DNA of 64,000 bases from Candidatus Palauibacter sp. (GTDB lineage Bacteria > Gemmatimonadota > Gemmatimonadetes > Palauibacterales > Palauibacteraceae). Shown here piece by piece: positions 22,401-31,168 of the stretch. Location: positions 298,734-362,733 of the forward strand of contig NZ_OZ250143.1 in NCBI RefSeq assembly GCF_965237495.1, read 5' to 3'. The first letter of the stretch is position 1, and every line of letters starts with the position of its first letter. The position numbers and the translations under genes were made by a program. The notes beneath the pieces were generated by a model. It made no database searches, was not told the DNA's origin, and was given only the letters and a program-made list of their open reading frames with translations.

Positions 22401-24188
22401 CCCGCCGCAGGGGACGGGGAACTCGCGCTTGAGCTGTTCGGCTTCCGCATCGACCAGCTCGGCTACCTCCTCGCGGAGACGTCGGCCATCGGCGGGACGC
22501 TCGGCGGTTCCGCCACCATGCGCGGAACCCTCACCTCCCCCACGTTCGACGGGACGCTCGACATCCTCCGGCCGTCGGTCCGGAACCAGACCTTCGAGGC
22601 GCTCAACTCCCGCTTCAGTTACGCCGGCCAGCGGCTCGAGGGGGCGATCGATCTGGTCGACGCCGGCCAGCGGCTCGGCCGGCTGGACGGCTCCGTAGCG
22701 ACCGACCTCTCCCTCGTGGATGTCGAGCGCCGTCTCCTCGACGACCCGTTCGACCTCGACCTCACGGGCGACCGACTTCCGCTCGCCCTCATCCAACTCT
22801 TCGTGGGTGGGCTCGAGGCGGTCACCGGCGTCGCGGCCACCGACCTCGCCCTGCGCGGCTCGCCCCGCCGACTCCGCTACACCGGCGACGTACGCCTGAT
22901 GGACGGGCGCGCGTGGGTACCGGACCTCGGCGTCTGGCTCACCGACGTCCGCGCCGGGGCCGAATTCCGCAACTCCTCCGTGGCCTTCGTCGATTCGATC
23001 CACATCGCCTCGGACCTGGGCGGCTGGGCGCGCGCGCGAGGTACGGTGGACATCGCCCGGATCCGGGACGCGGTCTTCGACCTGGACTTCGAGACGACCG
23101 CCTTCCACGGTGTGGCGCGGGCCGACATGACGATGGCGGCGGAGGGCACCGGCCGACTCTCCGGCCCTTACACCGCCCCCACGGTCACGGGCGACTTCGT
23201 CCTCACCGACGGGGACCTGCTGCAGGAGGAGTTCCTGCGGGCGCGGGGGGTCTTCGACCTCCGCGACGCCCCGTTCCGCGACCTCCTCGACGCGCAGGCC
23301 GCGAGCGAACGCCGGATCGTCCAGCGGTTCCGGAACCCGTTCCTCGAAAACCTCATCGTGGACGCGCGCGTCGCCCTCGGTCCCGAACTCTGGTTGCGGT
23401 CGCCGCAGATGGACGTGGAACTCGTGTCCGAGGGACTCGATGTCTATCTCGACCGCGGGACGGACTCCGTCTACGTGATGGGCGAGGTCCGGATTCCGCG
23501 CGGCACCTACCGGGTCCAAATCCCGCCCTACGAGCGACCTTTGCGGATCACGAACGGGACCATCCGGTTCGTCGGAGATCCCGACTTCAATCCGGACCTC
23601 GACATCACGGCCGAGTATCGGAACCGCACCGTCGACGGACCGGTGATCGTGGAGGCCCACATCGCGGGCCGCATGCGGGATCGCGGAGTGCTCCTGACCA
23701 GCAACCCGCCCATGGGCGAGACGGACCAGTGGTGCCTGCTCGCGGTAGGGACCCCGTGCTACCGCTCCGCCGACCGGCAACTGGCCGGACGGCTGGTGCA
23801 GGAGGGCATCCTCAACACGGTGAGTTCCGGGATCAACGCGGCGTTCGTGGGAACGACCGGCCTCTCCTACTTCAACCTCACGTCGATCGGCGCCGGAGGC
23901 CCGGGGGGCGTGGCGGCGAACCGGAACGTGTTCGAGCGCACCGCCGTGGAGTTCGGGTGGTACGCGAGCAACGACCTCTTCCTCTCATTCTGGCAACCGC
24001 TCGGTGGCGGACCGCCGCGCGCGACCCTGGAGTGGTCGTTCCTCCCCAGCTGGTCCGTGGAGGCCCGCACCGCGAGCCGCTTCGACGAGCGACTGTTCGG
24101 TCTCGCGTGGGGAACGAACATCGCCAACGACCGCACGTTCCGGCTCTTCCTGTTCCGGGAGTGGGCACTGGGCGGCGGTTCCCCGTAG
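19467..24188 (+). CDS. tamB: Translocation and assembly module TamB-like protein
   Basis: N-terminal TM anchor, long beta-rich body, C-terminal G.IRF.G....NP.LDITA...L.S.PP; follows an Omp85 gene. Confidence 0.85.
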   Translation: MSSDELPPPTELTPTEPTPTEPTPEPEPARRRRRFALPVIVVLGLLALVTAYFVTRTATGRNAALSLIEEAIAGSVNGEVRIGPALSGNVVTGLTLSRIEILDADSAVFLALDTVTIAYDPLALLRRQLEIRRLHASGLDLQLTQYPDGRWNFDRIFGPAPPAADPAAAPATASLVPGAASLAQAASGGALSLLFRNLTVASGRIRIRTPFTARMSGSQRARALREARSGTSPWALFETPEGEFDNLYELSNVRGRFPLVRLSDSADPLRIELENLSGTLLAVRQPLQLERLSGSLRLGDTAHISIERFETDRSVVRGTGWMAGADPMQHRFELEAEPIDVRDLRWIPIDLPEAGGGPMRVDLYSRGATTVVDISNGDFRTGETRLTGGMALAFGLRPRFESLDVRLAPFDLESLDRLLGRESAPADSTAAAGSTAAAGSEGWARGTIRGSGYMDDLSVDADLTLEAPGAAPGAEIPSRLRARGSVAFSPAADTDPAAGADAGADAINLGLRGLEVTLERFEPRWTRLLGMDLEVGGRFDGTLTLDRDAGGAVDFVGAVGHLSSAGDFSRFAGAGRLDLDGSGVDAALDVNPLSLSLLRPWAPGVELAGSVTGPVRVSGVREALVIDASLDSDLGGLTLDGEFDLASEELRYDARIEGTDLSLNEWIEGAPESRLAIRGRVAGAGVDPATLEGAFDFDILSSAVDQAEIFDSRVRFDIADGVATIDSLYLASDVGTLLARGSLGLTEGREGRLDFEADAADLSGWDRWFVEEIPGAAASEAGEPLFDSTEAVLGGPGSGAPAEGLDGRLTARGRVTGRWGDLKVAADIEATGARFRRYQADHIQARVEQFDPIGMDAFDARLTATGVELNGRPLDSLFVRLDRTAPEAGAGAEAGAGARATGAAFYARRDSSIEASGHADVTGGDAWSAGLSEFRLRLGKLESRLARPARLVYSDSGLVVDDLWIEGQLGRLRANGAFPAAGDGELALELFGFRIDQLGYLLAETSAIGGTLGGSATMRGTLTSPTFDGTLDILRPSVRNQTFEALNSRFSYAGQRLEGAIDLVDAGQRLGRLDGSVATDLSLVDVERRLLDDPFDLDLTGDRLPLALIQLFVGGLEAVTGVAATDLALRGSPRRLRYTGDVRLMDGRAWVPDLGVWLTDVRAGAEFRNSSVAFVDSIHIASDLGGWARARGTVDIARIRDAVFDLDFETTAFHGVARADMTMAAEGTGRLSGPYTAPTVTGDFVLTDGDLLQEEFLRARGVFDLRDAPFRDLLDAQAASERRIVQRFRNPFLENLIVDARVALGPELWLRSPQMDVELVSEGLDVYLDRGTDSVYVMGEVRIPRGTYRVQIPPYERPLRITNGTIRFVGDPDFNPDLDITAEYRNRTVDGPVIVEAHIAGRMRDRGVLLTSNPPMGETDQWCLLAVGTPCYRSADRQLAGRLVQEGILNTVSSGINAAFVGTTGLSYFNLTSIGAGGPGGVAANRNVFERTAVEFGWYASNDLFLSFWQPLGGGPPRATLEWSFLPSWSVEARTASRFDERLFGLAWGTNIANDRTFRLFLFREWALGGGSP

Positions 24189-24191
24189 CGG

Positions 24192-25118
24192 ATGTCAGGC
24201 CCCTACCCGTATCCTGACTCGGAGCGCTTCCTCGTGCTCCTCAACCCCGGCGCCGGCGGCGGAGCGACTCAGCTGGAGTCGCTCCGCCGGCGGGTGGGTG
24301 GCGCCTTCGCGGCGCGCGGCGTCCCCTTCGACCTTTTCGAGGCCGCGGGTCCGGAGGAAGGACTCGAGGTTGCGCGCGCCGCCGCCGAGCGCGGCTACCG
24401 GGCGATCGCCGCCGTGGGAGGCGACGGCACCGTCAGCCTGGCGCTGCGCGGCGTCGCGGGAACCCGGGTGCCGGTCGCGATCATCCCCTTCGGCACGGGC
24501 AATCAACTCGCCCTCAACTTCGATATCCCCGCTTCGCTGGAGGACAGCGTCCGCGTCGCCGTGGAAGGGAAGGCGACCGATATCGATCTCGCGCGCGCGA
24601 ACGGAGAACTGTTCGCGCTCATGGCCGGCGCCGGACTCGACGCCGAGATCATGGCCGGCGCCACATCCGAACTGAAGAGCCGGATCGGCTTCGCGGCCTA
24701 CCTGTACAGCGGTCTCAAGAACGTCATCGGCCACCCCGCCGCCAACTTCCGGATCATCGCCGACGACCACGAGGTACAGGTGAAGGCGTCGATGGTGCTG
24801 CTCGCGAACGCGAGCCAGCTCGGTGCCGGCCCCCTGCCGGTGGAGTTCAGGATGGCGCCCGGGGCCTCATTCCAGGACGGACTGATCGACGTGTGCATCT
24901 ACGCCCCGCGGAACCTCCCCGAGGTCGCCCGCCTCCTGTGGCGCGTGTCGAGAAACCAGTTCGGCGGCGACGACCAGATGATCTTCTTCCAGACCCGCCG
25001 CGTCCGGATCGAGGCCGACCCCCCCGTGGCGATCGAAATCGACGGCGAACCCCGTGGCGAGACCCCCATCGAAGCCGAAGTCGCCCCGCTCGCCGCCCGA
25101 ATCCTCGTCCCCCGGTAG
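24192..25118 (+). CDS. Diacylglycerol/lipid kinase family protein (YegS/DagK)
   Basis: NPGAG, GGDGT, P.GTGN, GAGLDAE, EIDGE. Confidence 0.92.
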   Translation: MSGPYPYPDSERFLVLLNPGAGGGATQLESLRRRVGGAFAARGVPFDLFEAAGPEEGLEVARAAAERGYRAIAAVGGDGTVSLALRGVAGTRVPVAIIPFGTGNQLALNFDIPASLEDSVRVAVEGKATDIDLARANGELFALMAGAGLDAEIMAGATSELKSRIGFAAYLYSGLKNVIGHPAANFRIIADDHEVQVKASMVLLANASQLGAGPLPVEFRMAPGASFQDGLIDVCIYAPRNLPEVARLLWRVSRNQFGGDDQMIFFQTRRVRIEADPPVAIEIDGEPRGETPIEAEVAPLAARILVPR

Positions 25119-25136
25119 CGGCGGCGGCTCTCTCCC

Positions 25137-26474
25137 TCAGGCGGCGATCTCGAACTGTCCCCACAGGACCCAGAGCGCCCAGTCCAGGTCCAGCCGGTCC
25201 CCGTCCCATGCGGCGGTCGCCGTCCAGGGGTTGATCCCCTGCTGCCGGTGCCAGCGCCCCAGCCCCGCGTCGGTCGTCCACGGCGCCTTCACGTCGTCCC
25301 GCGCCGGGGGGACCGCCGGGACGATCCTTCCCTCGGGGTCCCGGAAGTGGGCCGCGCCCGCAGACCCCATCTCCACTCGCCAGCCGCCCTCGTGCACCGT
25401 CCGATGATGGAACCGGCATAACAGGATCAGATTGTCGAGCGACGTCTCGCCTCCCTCCGCCCACGGGATCGCGTGGTGGGCCTGCGTGTAGCGCGACCCG
25501 CAGCCGGGAAAGCGGCAGCCCCCGTCGCGGACGTCCAGCGCCTTGCGCAGCCGCCAGTTCACTGTCCTCCGGCGGCGGCCGACATCGAGCACGGAGCCGT
25601 CCAGTCCGCGCTCCACCCGCACCGCCTCCGCGTCGCACGACAGGCGCCGGGACGTTCCCGCGGGAACGCATGAACCGTCCTCGGTGGCGACGACGTCGGC
25701 ATTGCCCGCCACGGTGTGGACGACCAGCTGAACCCTCGCCTCCGTGCGTTCCTCGAGCCACGCCCCGAGGGCGTCGTGGTTCCGCTCCACCGGGGTCCGC
25801 GGCAGCCTGAGAGGGGCCGGCTCCCACGCGGCCTCCGCCTCGGGCTCGGGCTCGGGCTCGGGGGCGGCCTCGGCCTCCCGATCGGCCTCCCGCTCCTGGC
25901 GGTAGAGTTCGTCGCCGGCGGCGTCCAGCGCCTGCATGAGGAGGGCGCCCACTTCCGGCAGCAGTCGGCCCCGGATCCGGTACATGCCGTCGTGGTCCAC
26001 CTGGACCGAGAGATGGCGGCGGTGCGCGAGCTCGGACTCGCCGTCCCATCCGACGGCGGCCGCGGCCTCCGCCGACCGCTGCGCGCGCACGAAGCGCTCC
26101 ACCTGGCTCGCCGTGTGGCGGAGGGCGAAGTCGACCAGCCGCTCCTCGTTCTGCGGCGTGGCCACCCGGGTCAGGGCCCGGACCTTGGACCAGGAGAGGC
26201 GCCCACTCTCCATCTCGGCCGCAGTCAGGGGGAGCTCGGCGAGCCGGCGGGCCACGCGCACCCGCTCACGGGCGGGGCCGGTGCTGATCCCGGTGCGCCA
26301 GGAGAGCCAGTGGGCGCAGGAGCGCCAGCCGCTCCAGCGTTCCTCCCGGTCGAAGAGGTGGAGGAGGGACAGGAGCCGGTACTGGCCCGCGTCGAGGTGA
26401 GCGCAGAGTTCGGCGATCTCGTCGCCAAGGGGGTCGCCGCGGGGGTCGCCGCGGGGGTCAATATCGTGAAGCAT
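25137..26474 (-). CDS. DUF222 (13E12-like) domain protein with C-terminal HNH endonuclease
   Basis: SCAHWLSWRTG, ARERVRVAR.L, G.LSWSKVRALTR, RRLSCD, RDGGCRFPGC...AHH..PWAEGG.T..DNL.LLCRFHH..VHEGG. Confidence 0.88.
   Translation of the reverse strand: MLHDIDPRGDPRGDPLGDEIAELCAHLDAGQYRLLSLLHLFDREERWSGWRSCAHWLSWRTGISTGPARERVRVARRLAELPLTAAEMESGRLSWSKVRALTRVATPQNEERLVDFALRHTASQVERFVRAQRSAEAAAAVGWDGESELAHRRHLSVQVDHDGMYRIRGRLLPEVGALLMQALDAAGDELYRQEREADREAEAAPEPEPEPEAEAAWEPAPLRLPRTPVERNHDALGAWLEERTEARVQLVVHTVAGNADVVATEDGSCVPAGTSRRLSCDAEAVRVERGLDGSVLDVGRRRRTVNWRLRKALDVRDGGCRFPGCGSRYTQAHHAIPWAEGGETSLDNLILLCRFHHRTVHEGGWRVEMGSAGAAHFRDPEGRIVPAVPPARDDVKAPWTTDAGLGRWHRQQGINPWTATAAWDGDRLDLDWALWVLWGQFEIAA
25653..25668. 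repeat. 16-bp palindrome CGTTCCCGCGGGAACG (copy 2), inside the DUF222-HNH gene
   Basis: Read directly. Confidence 0.9.
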
Positions 26475-26487
26475 GGTCTTCCGTCCG

Positions 26488-26556
26488 GATCTCAGAGTTG
26501 AGGGCACGCGAACCTGTCGCTTTCGGTCCAGTTTCGGTTCGCATCTCAACCAGATC
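26488..26556 (-). other. Long imperfect hairpin in the 5' leader of the DUF222-HNH gene
   Basis: Nested complementary arms GATCT/AGATC, GTTGAG/CTCAAC and GCGAACC/GGTTCGC. Confidence 0.55.
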
Positions 26557-26623
26557 TCAACGCCGGGATCTCCCCTCGCGCCTCTCCGGCCAGACACCTC
26601 CCGCGGTTTTCGACAGCGGTCAC

Positions 26624-26641
26624 ACGTTCCCGCGGGAACGT
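26624..26641. repeat. 18-bp palindrome ACGTTCCCGCGGGAACGT (copy 3), intergenic upstream of DUF222-HNH
   Basis: Read directly. Confidence 0.9.
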
Positions 26642-26673
26642 CCGCGTCGCCCGGCGAGGCGTCGGCTCGCTGG

Positions 26674-27894
26674 CTAGCGGGGATAGATGAGGTAGGGGCG
26701 CGCGAGGGCCTCGAAGGCGGCGACGTCGGCGGCCCATTCCGCGGTGATCTCGTCGAGCGTGGCCCCGCGTTCGATCGCGAGGCGGAGGCGGTCCGTGCCG
26801 GCGAGGCGGTCGAAGTGCGGCTCCCTCCACGCCCACGCCGAATCCGACAGGCGACGGGCGACGAGCAGGGCGGCGACGGCGGTCCGCACGGGATCGTAGA
26901 CGGAGCGGTCCGTCACCGTGAGGCGGATGCCGGAGACCGTCTCTCCCGAGAACTTGCGGTCACCCGGCGACTCCGGCGTGAAGGTGGCCGCCGCGATCTG
27001 GACTCCCGGCAAACGCGCGTGCTCCCGGATGCCCGCGGCCCAGGCCTCGCCGTCCAGCCACGGGGCGCCGAGGAGCTGGAACGCGGCCTCGGTCCCGCGG
27101 CCCACGGAGATGTTGGTGCCCTCGAACAGGCAGGTGCCCGGATAGTGCGCGGCGCTCTCGACCGAGGGCATGTTCGGCGAGGGCGCGATCCAGGGCAGCT
27201 CCGTGTCGTCGAACCAGCGCCCCGCGGCCCAGCCGGCGGCCGGGACCACGTGCAGTTCCACCTCGACACCGAACTCCCCGCGATAGAGGCGCGCCAGTTC
27301 CCCCGCCGTGAGCCCGTGCCGCACAGGCACCGGATACATGCCGACGAAGCTCGCGAACGCCGGGTCGAGCACCGGCCCCTGCACGAGCCCCCCGATCGGA
27401 TTCGGACGATCGAGCACGATCACCGGGACCCCCGCGCCGCCCGCCGCCATCATCGCGCGCGCCATGGTGGAGACGTACGTGTAGTAGCGCGCGCCGATGT
27501 CCTGGAGATCGAACGCGAGCACGTCGATCCCCGCCAGCATCCCCTGCGTCGGCGCCAGCGTCTCGCCGTAGAGAGAGTAGATGGGAAGCCCCGTCGCCGC
27601 GTCCGTCTCGTCGTCGATCGCGGCGCCGCCGACCTCCGTCCCGCGGATCCCGTGTTCCGGCGCGAAGAGCGCGACGAGTTCCGCCCCCTCGTACTGATGA
27701 AGGAGATCGATCGAACTCGTGCCGTCGCGGCCCACCCCGCTCCGGTTCGTGATCAGCGCCACCCGCCGCCCGTCGATGAGATGAGAGGAGTCTGCGAGCA
27801 GGACCTCGACCCCCGGCCGAACCTCCGGCGTTCCCCCGCACCCGACGAAGACCCACGCGGCGAGAATCGCGCGCGCGGCCGGGTGCCGCCTCAC
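26674..27894 (-). CDS. namZ: Exo-beta-N-acetylmuramidase NamZ (DUF1343), probable lipoprotein
   Basis: LFAPEHGIRG, YSLYG, FDLQDIG.RYYTY, VLDRPNP, RHGLT.GELA, PSPNMP, EGTN.SVGRGT; start estimated. Confidence 0.88.
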   Translation of the reverse strand: MRRHPAARAILAAWVFVGCGGTPEVRPGVEVLLADSSHLIDGRRVALITNRSGVGRDGTSSIDLLHQYEGAELVALFAPEHGIRGTEVGGAAIDDETDAATGLPIYSLYGETLAPTQGMLAGIDVLAFDLQDIGARYYTYVSTMARAMMAAGGAGVPVIVLDRPNPIGGLVQGPVLDPAFASFVGMYPVPVRHGLTAGELARLYRGEFGVEVELHVVPAAGWAAGRWFDDTELPWIAPSPNMPSVESAAHYPGTCLFEGTNISVGRGTEAAFQLLGAPWLDGEAWAAGIREHARLPGVQIAAATFTPESPGDRKFSGETVSGIRLTVTDRSVYDPVRTAVAALLVARRLSDSAWAWREPHFDRLAGTDRLRLAIERGATLDEITAEWAADVAAFEALARPYLIYPR

Positions 27895-27970
27895 AACGCG
27901 CCGTGTAGGTTCAGGATGGCGAACGGGACATGGGGGACATGGGGGACATGGGGAGAGGGCGGAGGCCGAC

Positions 27971-30900
27971 ATGCTGCGGAGACTAGGGACGAAAAGCGGC
28001 CCCCGAAAGCCGGCGACCTCTCTTCCGGCGCTCGCGCTGAGGCTGGCGGCCTGCGCCTCGGTCGCGGTCGCCGCCTTCAGCTGCGCCACCGCTCCCGGCC
28101 CGGCCGGCTCGAACCGCGTCGCGCAGGACCGCGTCGCGCGGGACTGGGTCGAGGAGACGCTCGCCGGCCTCGGCCTGCGCGACCGAGTGGCGCAACTCGT
28201 CATGGTGTGGCTGAGCGGCGGCTACGCGCCGGCCGGCGACGAGGAGTTCAGCCGCGTCGAAGCCTTCGCGCGCGACGACGGGATCGGCGGGGTCGTGATG
28301 TCGCTCGGGACCCCGCTGGGATACGCGTGGCGCCTCAACCGGCTGCAGGCGGACGCCCGGATCCCGCTCCTCGTGGCGGCCGACTTCGAGTCCGGCGCCG
28401 GCTTCCGCGTGAGCGGGATCTACGCGCTTCCCAACATGCTCGAGATGAGCGGCGCGACAGTGCTGCCGCCCGCGATGGCGCTGGGCGCGGCGGACGACGA
28501 GGACCTCGCCCGCATCACCGGCAGCGTCACCGGCAGGGAGGCGCGGGCCCTCGGCGTGCATCTCGCCTTCGCACCCGTGCTCGACGTCAACAACAACCCC
28601 GCCAACCCCATCATCAACACGCGGTCATTCGGGGAGGATCCCGAGCGGGTGGCGGCGCTGGGCGCGGCGTTCATCCGCGGCGCGCGCAGCGCGGGGCTCC
28701 TCACGACGGCCAAGCACTTCCCGGGTCACGGGGACACCGGCACCGACACCCACGTCGCGCTCGCGGTGATCCCCGGCGACCGCGCGCGGCTCGACAGCCT
28801 CGAACTCGTCCCCTTCCGCCGGGCGATCGACGAAGGCGTTGATGCCGTGATGACGGCCCACGTCGCGGCGCCCGCGATCCTGGGCCCGGGGGCGCCGCCC
28901 GCGACGCTGTCTCCCTATTTCATGACGGAGATGCTGCGCGGCGACCTCGGCTTCGACGGCGTCCTGTTCACCGACGCGCTGGACATGGCCGCGGTCGCCG
29001 ATGGCTACGGGGACGGCGAGGCCGCCATCCGCGCGCTCGAAGCGGGGGCCGACGTGCTCCTCATGCCGCGCGAGCCGCTGCGCACCATCGCGGCCGTCGA
29101 GGGAGCGGTGCGCTCCGGGCGGCTCGCCCCCGAGCGCATCGAGGCCTCCGCTCGCCGCGTGCTGACCCTCAAGGCCCGCGCCGGCCTCCACCGGGGGGCG
29201 CCGCCGGTCGACGCGGACCGCATGCGGACGCTCGTCGGGACGGAGTTCAACCAGAGCGTCGCCCGGGTGATCGCGATGCGCTCCATGACGCTCGTCCGGG
29301 ACGAGGACGAGGCGATCCCGTTCGACGCCCTCGAGACGCGCTCCGTCCTCTCTGTGACCTTCGCCGGCGCGAACGACCTCGCCGCGGGCCGCGCCTTCGA
29401 CCGCAAGCTGGGCGAGACCGTGCGCGTCCGCGGCGCCCGCGTCGGCTTCGACACGCACCCGGCCGTCTACGATTCGCTGGTCCGCCGCGCGCGGGCGGTC
29501 GATGCCGTGACCCTCTCCGCCTACGTCCGGCCCGGCGCCGCCAGCGACACCACCGATCTCCCCGAAGAGATCCGGGGTTTCCTGGAGGCCGTCGACGCGA
29601 GCGGGAAGACGACCGTGCTCGTCTCGTTCGGGAGTCCCTACCTGCTGACGTCGGTGCCCGACGCGAAGGCGTACCTCCTCGCGTGGGGCGGGGCGGAGGC
29701 GTCGCAGGAAGCGGCGGCCGAGGCGCTCCTCGGCGGACCGATCCCGGGCCGGCTCCCGATCTCGCTTCCTCCGTGGCACGCCCTCGGCGACGGACTCGGG
29801 AGCGGGCCCCGGCCGCTCGCCGACGCCGATCCGGAAGCTGATCCAAACGCCGAGATGCCGCGGGACGCCCACGCCGCGTTCGAGCCCTTCACGGGGGAGA
29901 CGGGGGAGACCCGGCCCGTGGTCGTGGGGCGCGTGCGGCGGCCATGGGAGGACTGGCCCGAGAACGCGGGGATGGAGGCGGACTCCCTCGGGCGCGTGGA
30001 CCGGCTCATCGAGGCGGCGATCCGGGACGGGGCGACGCCCGGCGCGGCGCTCGTCGTGGGCCGCGGCGACCGGATCGTGCGGCTGCGGGGATACGGGCGC
30101 CTCGACTGGTCGTCGGCCGCTCGCCATGTGCGGGACTCGAGCCTCTACGATCTGGCCTCGCTCACGAAGGTGATCGCGACCACGACGGCCGTCATGCAAC
30201 TCGTCGACCGGGGGGATCTGTCGCTCGAGACGCGGATCGGCGAGCACCTCCCCGAGTGGTCGACCGGCTGGAAGCGCGATGTCGCCGTCCGCCATCTGCT
30301 CACGCACCGCGGCGGTCTGCCGCCCTTCCGTCCCTTCTGGCGCACGCTCGAGGGGGAGACGCAATACCGCGAGGCGATCGCCGCGCTCGAGCCCGACCAC
30401 GAACCGGGGGAAGAGACCGTCTATTCCGACATCGGACTGATGACGCTCGCCTTCCTCGTGCAGGAGATCACCGGACAGGCGTTCGACTCCTACCTGTACG
30501 AGTCCGTGTTCCGTTCCCTGGGGATGAGGGATACCTGGTTCAATCCCCCCAACTCACTCCGCGGGCGGATCGCCCCCACCGAGATGGACACCGCATACCG
30601 GCACCGGCACGTGATCGGGGAGGTACACGACGAGAACGCGCACGCGCTGGGCGGCGTGGCGGGACACGCGGGACTCTTCTCCACCGCGCGGGACCTGTCC
30701 CGGTTCGGTGCCTGGATCCTGGCGGCGGCCCGGGAAGGGCGAGGTCTCGCCCCCGTGGCGCGCCCCGCCCCCGCGCGCCTTGCGATGACGCGGTCGCCGA
30801 GGCTCGGCTCGCCCTCGCCGGAGATCGTCGCGCAGTTCGTCGCCCGGGCGGACTCGCGGGCGGACTCGCGGGCGGACGCCGGATCAAGCCGCGCGCTGGG

Positions 30901-31168
30901 GTGGGACACGCCGTCCGGGCGCTCCTCGGCCGGAGACTACTTCGGTGAGGGGTCGTTCGGGCACACCGGGTTCACGGGGACGAGCATCTGGGTGGACCCC
31001 GAACTCGACCTCTACGTCGTCCTGCTGACGAACCGCGTGAACCCGACGCGGGCGAACCAGAAGCACATCGCGCTCCGGCGGGCGGTGCACGATGCCGTCG
31101 CGACGTCGATCCGGGACCAGGAGGTGCGCCCCCGCGACCGGGAGCCGCGGCCGGGGCCGGAACGCTGA
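27971..31168 (+). CDS. Lipoprotein: GH3 beta-N-acetylglucosaminidase fused to a beta-lactamase-fold serine hydrolase
   Basis: RSFGED, KHFPGHGDT..DTH, FTDALDM; then LASLTK (SxxK), LLTH..G, YSD, GEVHDENA, GHTGFTG. Confidence 0.92.
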   Translation: MLRRLGTKSGPRKPATSLPALALRLAACASVAVAAFSCATAPGPAGSNRVAQDRVARDWVEETLAGLGLRDRVAQLVMVWLSGGYAPAGDEEFSRVEAFARDDGIGGVVMSLGTPLGYAWRLNRLQADARIPLLVAADFESGAGFRVSGIYALPNMLEMSGATVLPPAMALGAADDEDLARITGSVTGREARALGVHLAFAPVLDVNNNPANPIINTRSFGEDPERVAALGAAFIRGARSAGLLTTAKHFPGHGDTGTDTHVALAVIPGDRARLDSLELVPFRRAIDEGVDAVMTAHVAAPAILGPGAPPATLSPYFMTEMLRGDLGFDGVLFTDALDMAAVADGYGDGEAAIRALEAGADVLLMPREPLRTIAAVEGAVRSGRLAPERIEASARRVLTLKARAGLHRGAPPVDADRMRTLVGTEFNQSVARVIAMRSMTLVRDEDEAIPFDALETRSVLSVTFAGANDLAAGRAFDRKLGETVRVRGARVGFDTHPAVYDSLVRRARAVDAVTLSAYVRPGAASDTTDLPEEIRGFLEAVDASGKTTVLVSFGSPYLLTSVPDAKAYLLAWGGAEASQEAAAEALLGGPIPGRLPISLPPWHALGDGLGSGPRPLADADPEADPNAEMPRDAHAAFEPFTGETGETRPVVVGRVRRPWEDWPENAGMEADSLGRVDRLIEAAIRDGATPGAALVVGRGDRIVRLRGYGRLDWSSAARHVRDSSLYDLASLTKVIATTTAVMQLVDRGDLSLETRIGEHLPEWSTGWKRDVAVRHLLTHRGGLPPFRPFWRTLEGETQYREAIAALEPDHEPGEETVYSDIGLMTLAFLVQEITGQAFDSYLYESVFRSLGMRDTWFNPPNSLRGRIAPTEMDTAYRHRHVIGEVHDENAHALGGVAGHAGLFSTARDLSRFGAWILAAAREGRGLAPVARPAPARLAMTRSPRLGSPSPEIVAQFVARADSRADSRADAGSSRALGWDTPSGRSSAGDYFGEGSFGHTGFTGTSIWVDPELDLYVVLLTNRVNPTRANQKHIALRRAVHDAVATSIRDQEVRPRDREPRPGPER

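Noticed and set aside
29990-31168. Beta-lactamase resistance gene
   Set aside because: The SxxK domain is fused to GH3 in a peptidoglycan-salvage context, so an AmiE-like amidase/esterase is more likely
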